From assembly GCF_902459465.1 (NCBI RefSeq), contig NC_047066.1, positions 9,176,001-9,240,000 on the forward strand: a stretch of 64,000 bases of DNA, given 5' to 3'. The translations under genes were made by a program, and so were the position numbers. The notes beneath the pieces were generated by a model, which did no database searches, was not told the DNA's origin, and worked only from the letters and a program-made list of their open reading frames with translations. Positions 11,801-24,100 of this stretch are shown here, piece by piece. Every line of letters starts with the position of its first letter. Position 1 is the stretch's first letter. This DNA comes from Asterias rubens. Its lineage: Eukaryota.

Positions 11801-14800
11801 ATCACCTTAGGGTAGGCATTAACATGATTAATATGACTTCATTTGGGCCCAATTTCATAAAGCCAGTAAGCGTACAAACCTTGCTAAGCATGGAAAATCT
11901 TCCTTGGCAAAACTGGTTACCAGCCAAAACTTCGATATGAGTTTACACTGATGCAACTGGTGCCCCACTCATTTTTTGCTTGCCAAGAAATTTGCTAAGT
12001 GCTCAGTATTTTCTGCTTAACAGCTTTATGAAATTGGGCCCAGTTCTTTATGTTCTTAGCTGGTGTACGTAGAAGGTTTAACAAGATTAACTTCAATGAA
12101 TGTTTATTCCACCTTAACAGTTACAACTACTTATAGTTTAACCAACGGGCCCCAATTTCATGGTTCTGCTTAACGTAAGCAGAGAATTGGCGCTTAATGG
12201 AAGCAGGGAAATCCGCACTTCAAGCGTATTTTGGGGGTTAGCAGGGAATTTTGCGCAGCAAGGCTTGCCATGAAAGCGAAGCATCAGAGGTATCGGAGGC
12301 ATCAAAAACAATTCATGCCTTTTGTGGGTGTTTTAATTGCCATGATTTTTTTTTTACAAAAATTTAGAAGTTTTGTATGGACAGTTGTTTTTTGTTGCCA
12401 CGACACTGAAAACAACAAAATAACCTGAGTTTAACTGGTTTGTGTTTTCTTGTGTTTTGTTACAGCCTGGCACTTTGATAGAGTGGGCCAACAACTGGTA
12501 AGTGTAAACTAAATACAATTCAAACCATCAGAGATGCGTATTGCATGGCCTAATTTAATTGTTTTGTCTGTCACGTGTTGTGCATAATGCGTTGTGGCCA
12601 ATGCCTACAAATAAAAGTACACGCCAAGCATTACATATGATTTCATAAATCTGTACTATGTCCTAAATTTTGTGTGTTGCTAAGCGATTTCAATTTTAAA
12701 ATTATGCAATGCGCATGACGGACAATAGGATTTCGGGACTAAGACCAACTTATCATGTATGAAAATTATGTAACCCAATATTAAGTTCATTGCATGGACA
12801 AATAATCTTTGGGGTAAAGTTATTATAGTATTGAAGAAAGTTTGGTATCATCATAAAGTGAATAATGCTTCGATGATTTTCTCACGATTATCCTGAGTGC
12901 AACTTGTTTTTTTTTACTGTTACACCGATGTGTATTAAGCACTGAATACTCCGTACTTTCTCGAGTTGTGTGACATAATCCACAGGCAAATCACTCCGGT
13001 GGGATTGGACCTGCGACCTTTGCATTGCTAGAGCTGTAGCCGATGTTGTACCACTAGACCACCAAGCTTGCCCGATGGCGAGAGGCTGTTCGATTCCTTG
13101 GCATAGGGTACAACATGATTTAATAGATTAAAACAAAACAAAAATTTGTTTGAACCCTGAATGCATTATGGACATCTTCTGAAAATAATAGTGGCATGTC
13201 ATGGCCAGTGGTTATAAGCGCCGCATTCAAACTTGGTCCCGGTCATGACACTTGTGTTCTTAAGCACGACACTTAACCATGGTTTCTGCTCTACCAGGCA
13301 ACATCTTGATGGATGATACCCAAACCTACATCTGTATGTTGACTTTAAAGGGGGTAGTAACCCTCTTTCAGCCCAAGAAGTGTGGCAAATGGAAACAATT
13401 ATTGATTGTAGCCCACACCTTGAAGTTGCCTTGTGTGTGTGGTGACTTGCATTAAAAAAAATAAAAATAAAATTAATTTATAAAAAAAGGTGTTGTTTGG
13501 TGTTAGGTGATGATGTCATGGCGATATACCAGTTTGTGGGTGAAGACTGAAAGTGTGTGAGCATATTATGTATATTGGTCTGTGCCAAAATCTCTCTCAC
13601 TTTGTTGGATGCCAAGTTTTAAATAAATGATACAATATTTTTTGTCTCACAGGAAAAATGGCATCAAACATCGACGAGAGCATAGTGAGGCAGTAGCCGG
13701 TCTCTTTACACAAGTTGGAGATCTCTATTTGGTGCATCACATATGGGGTAAGGTTATGAATATTAACCCTTCCATGCGTTTGACAAAAAACTTCCATCTG
13801 CCTGCATGAGACCCACTGTATTTTAATGCGCTCAGGAAAATCTTAATTAGCCTGGGTAAATAAAGCTATTACCAATATTGTTCATGCCCAACACCTTTCA
13901 GAGGGTCTAGGGATAAGTTGGGAAACAACAAAAATAAATTAAAAACATATTTGCTAATAATCTCAGATTTAACCTCTTTTGCACTGTCTGAGGGGAGGGT
14001 TAAAGGGTTTGGGTAATTTTTGTACGACACAAAACACAAACGTTCGCAAATTTATATTAAACTTACACGGCTTAAAGATAATGACAGTAGAAAGTTTCCC
14101 TTAAAATATTAATTGCTGAGGTGCTGCAGTTTTTGAGAAATTAGTAAAACAGTTCCCGAAAATAATTGTTTTGATTATTTCATGAGTCATTAAACACTAA
14201 TACTCTTTCTAAGCATGTTTTGTGTCCCTCATCTGTTTGGCTTAAATGCCGGTTAAATTATTTCTCAACTAATATCTTCTTTGATCAAGTACTAAACCTC
14301 AAGGGAAACTGACTGGATAAACTTGGAGTTGAACAAAAATAAATTGACTAGAGCGAGGTTTGAACCAACGATCTTCGCTTTAGCGTGCTGACGTTCTACC
14401 AACTAAGCCATATGTGCTTCTTTGATACTGATCAATAAGCTACAACAGTCAGTTCGCTGCAAGTTTGACAACTTTTTTCATTTAAGACCGCTTCTCAAAA
14501 TCAAAAACAGAACAACCATCATGAATCTTTTATTGACTACTTTTTTTTCTTCAAATTTCATAAAATGATGGAAAACATGTTGTTGTGCTTTTTTATCCTT
14601 AGCCTACCCTGATCTGCAGACCAGGAAGGAAATCCGTGAGAAGGCATGGCAGAACCCAGGGTGGGACAACTGTGTAGCCTACACAGGCAAGTATTTAACC
14701 AAGCAACTAAAGTTTTTTTGACTTTTTTTTTATGCAAGTCGCCAGACACACAAGGCCTGAAGGCCACTTCAAGGTGTGGGCTACATGTACAATCAATTTT

Positions 14801-15503
14801 TTTCCAGGGGCCGTTGACACTTACTCCTGGGGCTGAAACATGGTTTAAACCCCCTTTACAGTCAATCTACGGATGTAGGCTTGGTTATCATCCATCAAGC
14901 AACTAATAAATGTGTGCAAATACAAATACAAATCAGAAGCCTGGCTGGTAGAGCAGAAAGCACTACCTCCCAAACTTTACGAAGCAATCCTGGTTAAGGA
15001 CACAAGTCTTGCTTAAGGACACAAGTGTCACAACAGGGACCCAAACGCACACTCTGCTGATCAGAAACAACAGAGCTTGAGTCCATGAAAATAGAGAACA
15101 TTTTTATATAGCAAAGGTTTGCAGTAACACCATGTAATAATTAGCTCTAAATGAGTTGGGGATGTTAGGGTGGTTCTGAAAGAACCAGTGGTTTCAACCA
15201 GACGTTTCGATCAGTATGCTCTGATTGCTTGTGGAGAAAGCTGGACTCTGCTGGAGCTGCATAATTTTTTAGAAACAAGCTTGCATAATACAGTTTTTGA
15301 GAGCATACTGATCTAAACGTCGAGTTGAAACCAATGGTTCGTTTCAGAACCACCCCATATCCTTTACTGCGAATCATATTTCAACCATGCACAGTTTCAA
15401 TTCCTACTTAACATTTGTTTTATGTATTGTTTGTACAGTTCCTCTGATCCGTAAGATGGAATCTCGAGTAATGATCCCCTTGCCGTGCTCACCACTTCAG
15501 TGA
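8856..15503 (+). CDS. NIPSNAP: Protein NipSnap homolog (mitochondrial, NIPSNAP1/2-like)
   Basis: Exons 8856-8944, 9543-9667, 10350-10395, 10786-10880, 11458-11528, 11671-11811, 12466-12497, 13653-13747, 14603-14686, 15439-15503. Motifs [96 protein letters not shown]. Arg-rich, acid-free N-terminus consistent with a mitochondrial presequence. Confidence 0.95.
11001..11336 (+). mobile_element. tRNA-derived SINE, same family as 4211-4560 (heads or partials of related SINEs at ~13190-13280, 14930-15085, 33240-33410, 41930-42180, 43735-43890)
   Basis: Collinear with the 4211-4560 copy: GAGTGGTTAAGAGCA head, GGTCATGACACTTGTG, CTCTTCACCCAGGGGTATAAATGGGTACC, GTAAAGCGCATTGAG...AATGCGCTATGTAAG. Confidence 0.8.
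11845..12041. mobile_element. GGGCCCAATTTCAT-terminus MITE family (related copies ~12146-12300, 20824-20913, 31458-31640, 39526-39766, 40057-40234)
   Basis: GGGCCCAATTTCATAAAG ... CTTTATGAAATTGGGCCC inverted ends; internal repeated GCT(T/A)AGC(A) motifs. Confidence 0.8.
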
Positions 15504-16617
15504 GAAAAAAAATCAACAACTCCTTCAAGTCGAGCATGAAGAAGATACCATGTTATGAACAAAAAGGAATCTAGTCAGTAGAGTGATGACTTTATATTGG
15601 AGTGAGAATTTATTTAGAAATAACGTTTCAAGAAAAATGGCTCCGGTTTATCTGAATATCAGATTTTTACCGAGTTGTTAGATTATGGTGCAAGTTTTAC
15701 TTTCTAAGTTCAACACAACTGTTCTGCTGTTTGTGAATCTCCGGATTCTAAGATGGAGTGTGACTTAGTTACGAAGTTTGAGATACTTGGAAAACATTAC
15801 AAATGTTTTGTGGGTGTTTTTTTTCACAGTAAAACTGGATTTTATGGCGGTTGCTTTCTTTCGATTATAAATCATTGGCATTGTAGTTCACTTTCGGTGA
15901 AACCACTGGAAATGATGTGCTTGTTTTTACATCATCAGACTTTCCAACGCTAGGTGACAGCAGACTTACCGGGTAAATTTCTATTGTTTATGTAGTTCTG
16001 AACATGCGCATAATTCTGAGAACAATGGATATACCCGGTAAGTCTGCTGCCACCTATCGTCCCAGAAAGTCTCTCATTGGCAGGATTCCTAGAGGGGAAT
16101 TTTTTTCTTCTAAGATTCAATCCAGGGTAGTTTGACATTTTCCACGCAATTTGGCTAGAAATCCAGAGTAATAGGGTACATGGAATTTTCAAGATTAATT
16201 ATTATTTGTTTATGAATACAAAACAGTCCATTGGCATTATCAAGTTTTTAAAAATGGTGTGTTCATTGTAAAAACACCGTCGATAAGATTAAAAACCCAA
16301 GAGAGGTTTGCAAGTAACACCATGTGAACATCTCTTTTCAGTAGTGGTTCTGAGAAGAACCATTGGATAAATAATCGCATATTTGCCTCATATTATAAAG
16401 ATGGACATGGTAGAAAACTTCCTTTGTAATGTTTTGATTGAAATGCTATGGTTATAAGAAACAAGCTTGACATGTTACAGATTTTTGAGAACTGAGTAAA
16501 CAATTTGTTTTGATCTTAGATGTCCAAATTACCAAATTGTCAAATTGTCCGCTCACACAGCGACTCACAATGTATGATCTATAACATTGCAGCAGTTTGG
16601 TTCTATTATGTAACAGA

Positions 16618-17006
16618 TTAAAGGCAGTGGACACTCAAAAGGTAATTACTCAAAATAATTGTGGGCATAAAACCTTTCTTGGTAAACAGTAATGGGGAGA
16701 GGTTGATAGTATAAAACATTGTGAGAAACGGCTCCCTCTGAAGTGACGTAGTTTTGGAGAAAGAAATAATTTTCCACGAATTTGATTTCGAGACCTCAAG
16801 TTTAGAAGTTGAGGTCTCAAAATCAAGCATCTGAAAGCACACAACTTCGTGTGACAAGGGTGTTTTTTTCTTTTATAGTTATCTCGCAACTCCGACGATT
16901 GATCGCGCTCCAATTTTCACAGGTTTGTTATTTTATGCATATGTTGAGATACAACAAGTGAGAAGACTGGTCTTTGACAATTACCAATAGTGTCCACTGG
17001 CTTTAA
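16618..17006 (+). mobile_element. MITE family A, full copy
   Basis: TTAAAGGCAGTGGACAC...GTGTCCACTGGCTTTAA terminal inverted repeats, ~390 bp, no ORF. Confidence 0.88.
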
Positions 17007-17172
17007 ACGAATTAATTAAATCTTTTTGAATTATGTGAGTTTAGTGTTACAGCAAAAATAAATATGTAAATAAATTTCTTGTCAGACCGAGAAATGAAAA
17101 CAAGATTTTGGCATTAAGTTTTTCCTTCAGAAATTAATTAACAAAACTATGAAGTCAATGCTGTTTTACAAA

Positions 17173-17535
17173 TTAAAGATGCTTTGTCAGTTTTTTGGCC
17201 GATTTGGCCCAAAAATTTTGATTTAAAATTCAATAGGTATTTTGATGGGGGTCGAGAAAGTTACAAGCTTTCATTTGAGCCATTGCTCGAAAAAGTCCGC
17301 CAATTATTAGTAGCAGTGAAATAAAGTGCTCAAAATTAGTTTTTGTCGGTATCTCGACAATATGTCCATGACCAATTCTTATGTGTTTTATAAGAAAGGT
17401 TTTAAATTTTCGTCATGGTTCCTGACCATTAAAAGTAAAAGTTTCGTTAGAGCGGGTGATACTCTTAAATACCATTCACTCAAAAAAATCTATTTTTTAA
17501 TGTTTGGGGCCAAAAATCTGACATAGCATCTTTAA
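17173..17535. mobile_element. MITE family C (TTAA-AGATGC termini)
   Basis: TTAAAGATGCTTTGTCAGTTTTTTGGCC ... GGCCAAAAATCTGACATAGCATCTTTAA. Confidence 0.8.
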
Positions 17536-18439
17536 AGCTCAGGATGACCTTAAAGTTCATTTTCAACCTGAAGTTTTCTTACATGACTAATACCACTTCA
17601 ACGTGTTTAATATTTTAATGTGTCAATGCCAATGATTTATTGAGTCATCCCAGCAAGACATAACATCATTAGGATAACTTGATTAATAGTGGCTTCTTGT
17701 AGTGCGCAAATCCGTCACTCAGTGACACTCGAGGTGCTTTTAACATTAATTGTTTTCCTGTAAGGTACATGTATATGGGACTATGTTTAAATTATGGGAC
17801 CTACTCCTTTTACAGTACATATCACCATGTAATGGTTTACAAAGTGCTGTGTTGCAATATGCAGCCAATCAAACCAGGAACACCAGAACGAAACCTCTTC
17901 TCTTTTCGACAAGTGCACTGGGTTCATTTAGGTGCGTTACACAACAAACATGTTTTGTTACCACTTTCAAATTATTGGAGCATACCTCTAAACCATTTCA
18001 AACAATGTGCAGTTAAAACAAGCAACAGTCTTAGTTCTGGTTCAATCATCAAAGGCTTTTAAAAACATCACAAGTCCATCGTTTAATTATTTCATCAGAT
18101 AAAATTGATTACACATTCTTTTTTGCATTATACTATTATTAATAAGGCCATTCTGAGTTGCTGGCCGCAACTATGGCTAGGACTGTAGAATAGGGTGTTG
18201 CCAAGGATGTCTATACATCAATTCATGATGATGTGATGATCCAGCGGTAGCTGTTCCTGCAAATTCGAGTATGACCTCATTTTTACAATTTCTGACAATC
18301 AAATCATGACTGTGATGTGTTTGCAGTGTCAAAAAGTACAAACGTTGTGTGAGAGGGGCATTAAGGTCAAATTCTGTTTTGTGCACTGCACTTCTTTTTC
18401 AGATCAACTCCTCATGGGAAAAAAAATAACTCACTTAAA

Positions 18440-18787
18440 GTTAATTATCATAAACATTTCTTGATTAAAGGTAATGGGGAGAAGTTGATAGTATAAAACA
18501 TTTTGAGAAACAGCTCCCTCTGAAGTGACGTAGTTTTTGAGAAAGAAGTAAGTTTCCACGGATTTGATTTCGAGACCTCAGATTTAGAATTTGAGGTCTC
18601 GAAATCAAGTATCAGAAAGCGCACTGCTTCTTGCGACAAGGGTGTCTTTTCTTTCATTATTATCTCGCAACTTCGACGACCGATTGAGCTTAAATTTTCA
18701 CAGGTTTGTTATTTCATGCATATGTTGATATACAGCAAGTGAGAAGACTGGTCTTTGACAATTACCAATAGTGTCCACTGTCTTTAA
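18440..18787 (+). mobile_element. MITE family A, 5'-eroded copy
   Basis: Family A body and right TIR ...CAATAGTGTCCACTGTCTTTAA. Confidence 0.8.
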
Positions 18788-20327
18788 ATATCTAATGTGA
18801 TAAAAGTACATGTATCTACAACAAAATTATTACTGTAAATATTTTGAATTACCCCTGTGGTTATAATTTCTAACCGATAGTTATATTTAACAAACTTGAA
18901 AATGTTAAACTCAATAAAATAAAAAGAAAATGTTTTTCGAAAAAAGGTTAGTTTCCGATGTTTTCTTATGATCAACAGAAGTAAGTTAACAGGTCCAATA
19001 TAGTATCGACTCTTAAAGTCAAAGCGTACATTTGGCATGTTTGGTGTCACAAACCCTTTGGTTGTTTTAATTCTACTGTCTGTTACTAAGGGAATAAATA
19101 TGTGCTTGGCCGGTTTTAAACACTGTTTAATACCGGTCGCAGTCTGGATGCGATAATTACTCGAGCCGCTATGAAATGGTAAGACCCTCTGGTAAAAACT
19201 CCTTATAACATTGTATAAGGAGATTGGCATGTGCGTAATGCGAGATGTGGCACAGGTGTTCCAGCCGTTGCTCTCGACCAATAGGAATGAATAAACTGTC
19301 TTTAAGCACAGGTGCAAGCTTGCGTGTCACGCCCATATTTATACACTTCTGGCTGTGGTTATATCATCCGTTTAAACACCCCCTCGTGATGTCCTCTCAA
19401 ACAATCATTTATGAATGTTGATTATAAATACAGCTTACCTTTTAATAGTTGGTAGCATTTTTGAGGTGTTGCCAACAATCTGGAGCGGTTTATGTCCATG
19501 CAGGAAATATAATTCGTAATTGGAATACACAATCTGAGAAAAGTTTCATACTGAACCGTTTCTCTGATTGAAATATTGAACCCCTCTCTATTTTTTTAAT
19601 ATTTGTTTTATAAACAAAACAAGGTTTAGAATTATGTTAGTATGACATCTAATGGATAGACTTTCACCATCTCTAGACTCAAATTGACATTAATAATAAC
19701 TTCCTACATAATAAAAAACTAACATATAAATTTCCAGCTCAGTAACCTATCGCAAAGAAACCCAAATTCCAAAAGTAAAACTGTATGTACAAACCTTTTA
19801 AAATTATCAATATCAAAAGAATGCCAGTTATTTAGGAAAGAAAACAAAGAGCTGTACAAAAACATTTACAAAGTTTTGATGTTAACAAAACATAACATGC
19901 AATTGTTGCCAAATATAAATTGTACCCAACTGCCCAAGGTGAAAGTTAATGTTGAAATGCAAACGTTACAGCATTTAGAAATTGTTCCAACTTTTATTCA
20001 TAATTTTCTCTTTAAAGTATTTTGTAATGAATTTTACAGTGTAGAGGATCACTGGTAACTGGATAATGAAGGGAGTGGCTCAAAAGTCGGAGTAATCAGA
20101 AAAGTTATATATTGATCAGATACATGTAGGTATTCCAGCTCTCACACATGTATCGTTCCTTTGAACTGCCAGAACGTTCCATTGGAACATCAAAAATACT
20201 AAATGTGCAAATTCACTCCTGTAGGACTGGTCTCGTACTTCAGCACAGTGATGCAGCCTAGAGAAACGTTCTTGCTGTCCAATGGATTGCAGGCATGTGC
20301 CCACGGGAACACTCTTGTGCACCTAGA

Positions 20328-20508
20328 ACATGACCGACTTTTGAGACGCTTTCATACATGACCGACTTTTGAGACGCTTTCATACATGACCGACTTTTGA
20401 GACGCTTTCATACATGACCGACTTTTGAGACGCTTTCATACATGACCGACTTTTGAGACGCTTTCATACATGACCGACTTTTGAGACACTTCCTAACATG
20501 ACCAACTT
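20328..20508. repeat. 28-bp minisatellite, ~6.5 copies
   Basis: Unit ACATGACCGACTTTTGAGACGCTTTCAT at 20328, 20356, 20384, 20412, 20440 (identical), then a degenerate 20468 and a partial 20496. Confidence 0.95.
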
Positions 20509-21187
20509 TACACATGCACCCCTGTTTAATGAGGAAGAAGGCATAATGGGGGTCTCCAAATTGGGAATTGTAAATCTCTCAGTTTGGAACTCTGGGCATT
20601 CTAATAAGCGATTGGCAAAGTTGGATCTGAATACTGTCTAGTGCAATGACTTGCTTAGTCACAAATTAACGCTTCAATTAATTCCTTATACTATTCAAAA
20701 GAGACAGTTGCTATTGTCACAGGAATCGTTGCAAGCTTTTGCGCAGTTACAAAAGAGAGGACAAACACCGAAACAGAATTTTGAAGGAATGTTTCTAGCA
20801 CAGGGGTACAAGGCTTTGCTCATCAGGGCCCAATTTCATAGCTGCAGTAAGAACAAAAATTTGCTTTTGTTAAATGTGCTTTTCGTTAAGCTGCACAATG
20901 AAATTGGGCCCTGGAGTTGCTATACAAAATCTTTCCGCAAACCATTGACATAGCAACTGTCTCTAAAGTCTGAGACATTCAAATTAAACAGTATGAGACT
21001 AAGCAAACCATTGTACTAGACAGTACAAATCTAATTTGCAATATGGTTTCTGGAGAACCATCGAGTTAGCTCCCTAAAAACCTTGGGCCTCCAAACTGGG
21101 GAACATTGAGTCCCCCAACTAGGAAACTTTGGTCTCCCAATTGGGTTCCAATCATTATGAAAATATATACAAATTACAATTTCAGTA

Positions 21188-24100
21188 TTAATTTATTGCC
21201 AACTCCATGTCATAATCACCTTGTACTGACTGAGTGAGAGGAGTGCTCTGTAACTGTTGATGATGACTCGGGACTTGACCGTAATCAGATATCACTGACC
21301 CTGGTAACGGAGTACATGTACCATCGTTAGTCTGGATGGTCACTGGTATAGGACCACTGATTGTCTCCGGAATGGCACCTGGAGTGGAGGGATTGGGAAC
21401 TTGGAACACTGGGATGTTCATGGTGGACAGGTGTTGAGCTATGGAAGCAAGAGTCGGGAGATCGGACTCAAATCCCCCTTCTGCCACTATATTCTGGACA
21501 GTCTGATATTGAGTGTCATCTGCTTGTACCACATCTGTTACCAGTGGGAGCTGAGCTGTGGTTGCACTCTGCAAGTCCATCTTGATGTCTTCCGTTGGTG
21601 GCGCTTTCGGAGTTGCTCTTTTCCGGGGAGTTTTTCCATTCTTGTGTGTTTGCATGTGGCGATCGAGGTTGCCAGAGATCAGGAAGGTTTTGCCGCACTG
21701 CTCGCACTGGTAGTCCCGCTGATCCTGGTGCCACTTCACGTGAACCCTCAGGTTGGTCCTGGTGCGGAAGGCTTTGTCGCAGAGGTTACACTTGTGCGGT
21801 CGCTCATCCCGGTGCATCATGAGGTGTAGAGTCAAGCGGTGACTGCGGTTGAACGTCTTGTGGCAGATTTCACACTTGAAATCCCTCTTGTCAGTGTGGA
21901 GGCACAACATGTGCTCCTTCAAGTTGCCTTTAGTCTTGACTCGCTGTCCGCAGATGTCGCATTGGAAGGGGCGACTGTTATTGTGCGTTGGCTTATGTGC
22001 GGTCAGGGTACTCTTCGTGGCAAAGCCTTGCCCACAGATGGAGCATACGTATTTATTTTTTTCTTCATGTTTAGACAGCATGTGATAAGTCAAGCCGCCC
22101 TTTCGATAAAACACTCTATCACAGATGGTACACTTGTACTCGACATCTTTTGTGTGTAAGTTGCGATGACGGTTCAGGAGAGAACTGTGAAAGAAACCCC
22201 TGCCGCAGAACTCACACTTGTAAGGCTTCTCGGCACTATGGCACTTGATGTGCGACGTAAGACTATACTTATCAAAGAATATTTTGCCACAAAACTCACA
22301 GGTGAACTTGATCCCCATTTCTTCGTTCTTGTGGCAGTTTAGATGGCGCATGAACGTGTTTCTGAAATAAAATTCTTTCTTGCAGGTGCTACAACTGAAA
22401 GCCGGCTTCTTATTGTGTCTTGAGTTCATGTGTTGTTTCGCATAATATAAGTTCAGAAAAGTTTTATCGCACTTCGTGCATTTGTAGTTACCATCGGGGT
22501 CAGGCTTCCAACAGGGTCTCCCCCTTTTCTTGGGGATCTTTTGTTCCATTTGTTTTGGGTTTGGATTCTTTCGCGACCTCCCTTGTTTCCTGGGAGACTC
22601 CCCAATGGTCTCTTCAGCTGGTTCCTCCTCTTTATCGTCTGTCCTAGATGATGTATTCCCACCATCATCGATAATCTTTCTCGGTCTACCCCTTTTCTTT
22701 TTCGGCTGCTCTGCAGTCTTTTGTGTACCTTCCAAACTTTCCATGTCGAATTCTGCCTCTTCATCGTCTTCACTGTCATCTTTGTCCTCCTCATCCGCCT
22801 TCTCTTTGTCATCATTATCACTTCCCGTCTCATCTTGGTCGACTGATTTGGCTTCCTTCCCATTTAGCTCTTCCTTGTCATTCTTCATGTTTTTACCTTG
22901 ACTTGACCCATCCTCTGTTGCCTCAGCATGACCCTTTTCACCAACCTCCCCTTCATCCTCCTCATCCTCCTCCACATAAATGCTTTTTTCTTTCATGGCC
23001 AATCTTCTTGATGTGCGTTCTGGCGTTTTAGATGTCACTCCTCTATCAAGCGCACTTCTTAGAGATCTACGAGATTTGACATCTTGAGCTTTACTTTTTC
23101 CCGTTGAGTGTACCTTGCTTCTTGTCGAAACACTTGTTGCTTCGACAGTATCCCCTAATGGGTACAGTTTATCAGTCTTCTTCCTAGCTTGTTTTTTTGT
23201 AAGGCCATGTTTTGCAGCAAAGTGGCGTGACAGCACGTAGCGCTTACAGCACGTCGCTGAACAAAGGTCACATGTAAAACCAGCATCACTCTTTCGAGGG
23301 TACGACTTTTCTAATTTGCTTCTGACAACCTTAATTAGGAGCCCATGAAATTCAAGCAAGTGCTTTGATAGTCTTCCCCGCACGCTGAACCTACTCGTGC
23401 AGAGATCACAGGCAAATTTGGCACTTTCAAGCTCCAGGCGCCGTTTGTTGGCAATCTTTTCTGATTTCTCAACAGTCATGTCATGCAATGACACCATATG
23501 GTTAACAAGCTTCTGACTTTCATCAAAATTAGAGTTACATTTAATGCAGTGATACTGTCCACTGGGAGCCACCTCCTTGGTAACAGTGTATTCTTGCTGC
23601 GCTAATTTAACAGCTTCACAGACGCTACTTACTGCTTTCTGTCGAGAGAAATCATGCTCTTCTATCAGATGAGTGCGGAGCTGGATTCGGTTTTGGAAAT
23701 ACTCCTCACAAATTTCACATTTCATCACCTTTGGGGATGCCTCCATGCCAACTGCTTTAGACGAGCCGGATTTTTCAGGCGTCGGAACTGGTTTACTCGG
23801 CAGTTCTGGTTCAGAAGTCTCAAGTTCGTCAAGGATCCTCATTGCCTCAGTTATATCCGTACCGTGTACAGACAAGAGATGGTCATACAGCTTCGCCTGA
23901 GGCTTGAAATTTTCCCCACAAGTCGGGCATCTTCTCACACGGGAGCGACCGCGCGTTTTCTTTGTGACTTCGCAGTGGCGCAGCTTATGGAAGTCGAGCA
24001 TCACGGTAGAGCCAAGATCTTTATGACACTTGTCGCAGGAGGTCTCTGGGGTTGGCTCGTCGCTATTGTTGACAGTGTTCTCCTTCTCGCTGCCATCATC

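Noticed and set aside
18784-19317. 177-aa ORF on the minus strand
   Set aside because: No motif or coding-like composition; it overlaps a repeat related to 34290-34760 and starts at a non-ATG codon.
20328-20508. 28-bp direct repeats of CRISPR-like length
   Set aside because: The units are contiguous with no unique spacers, there are no cas genes, and the context is eukaryotic: a minisatellite.
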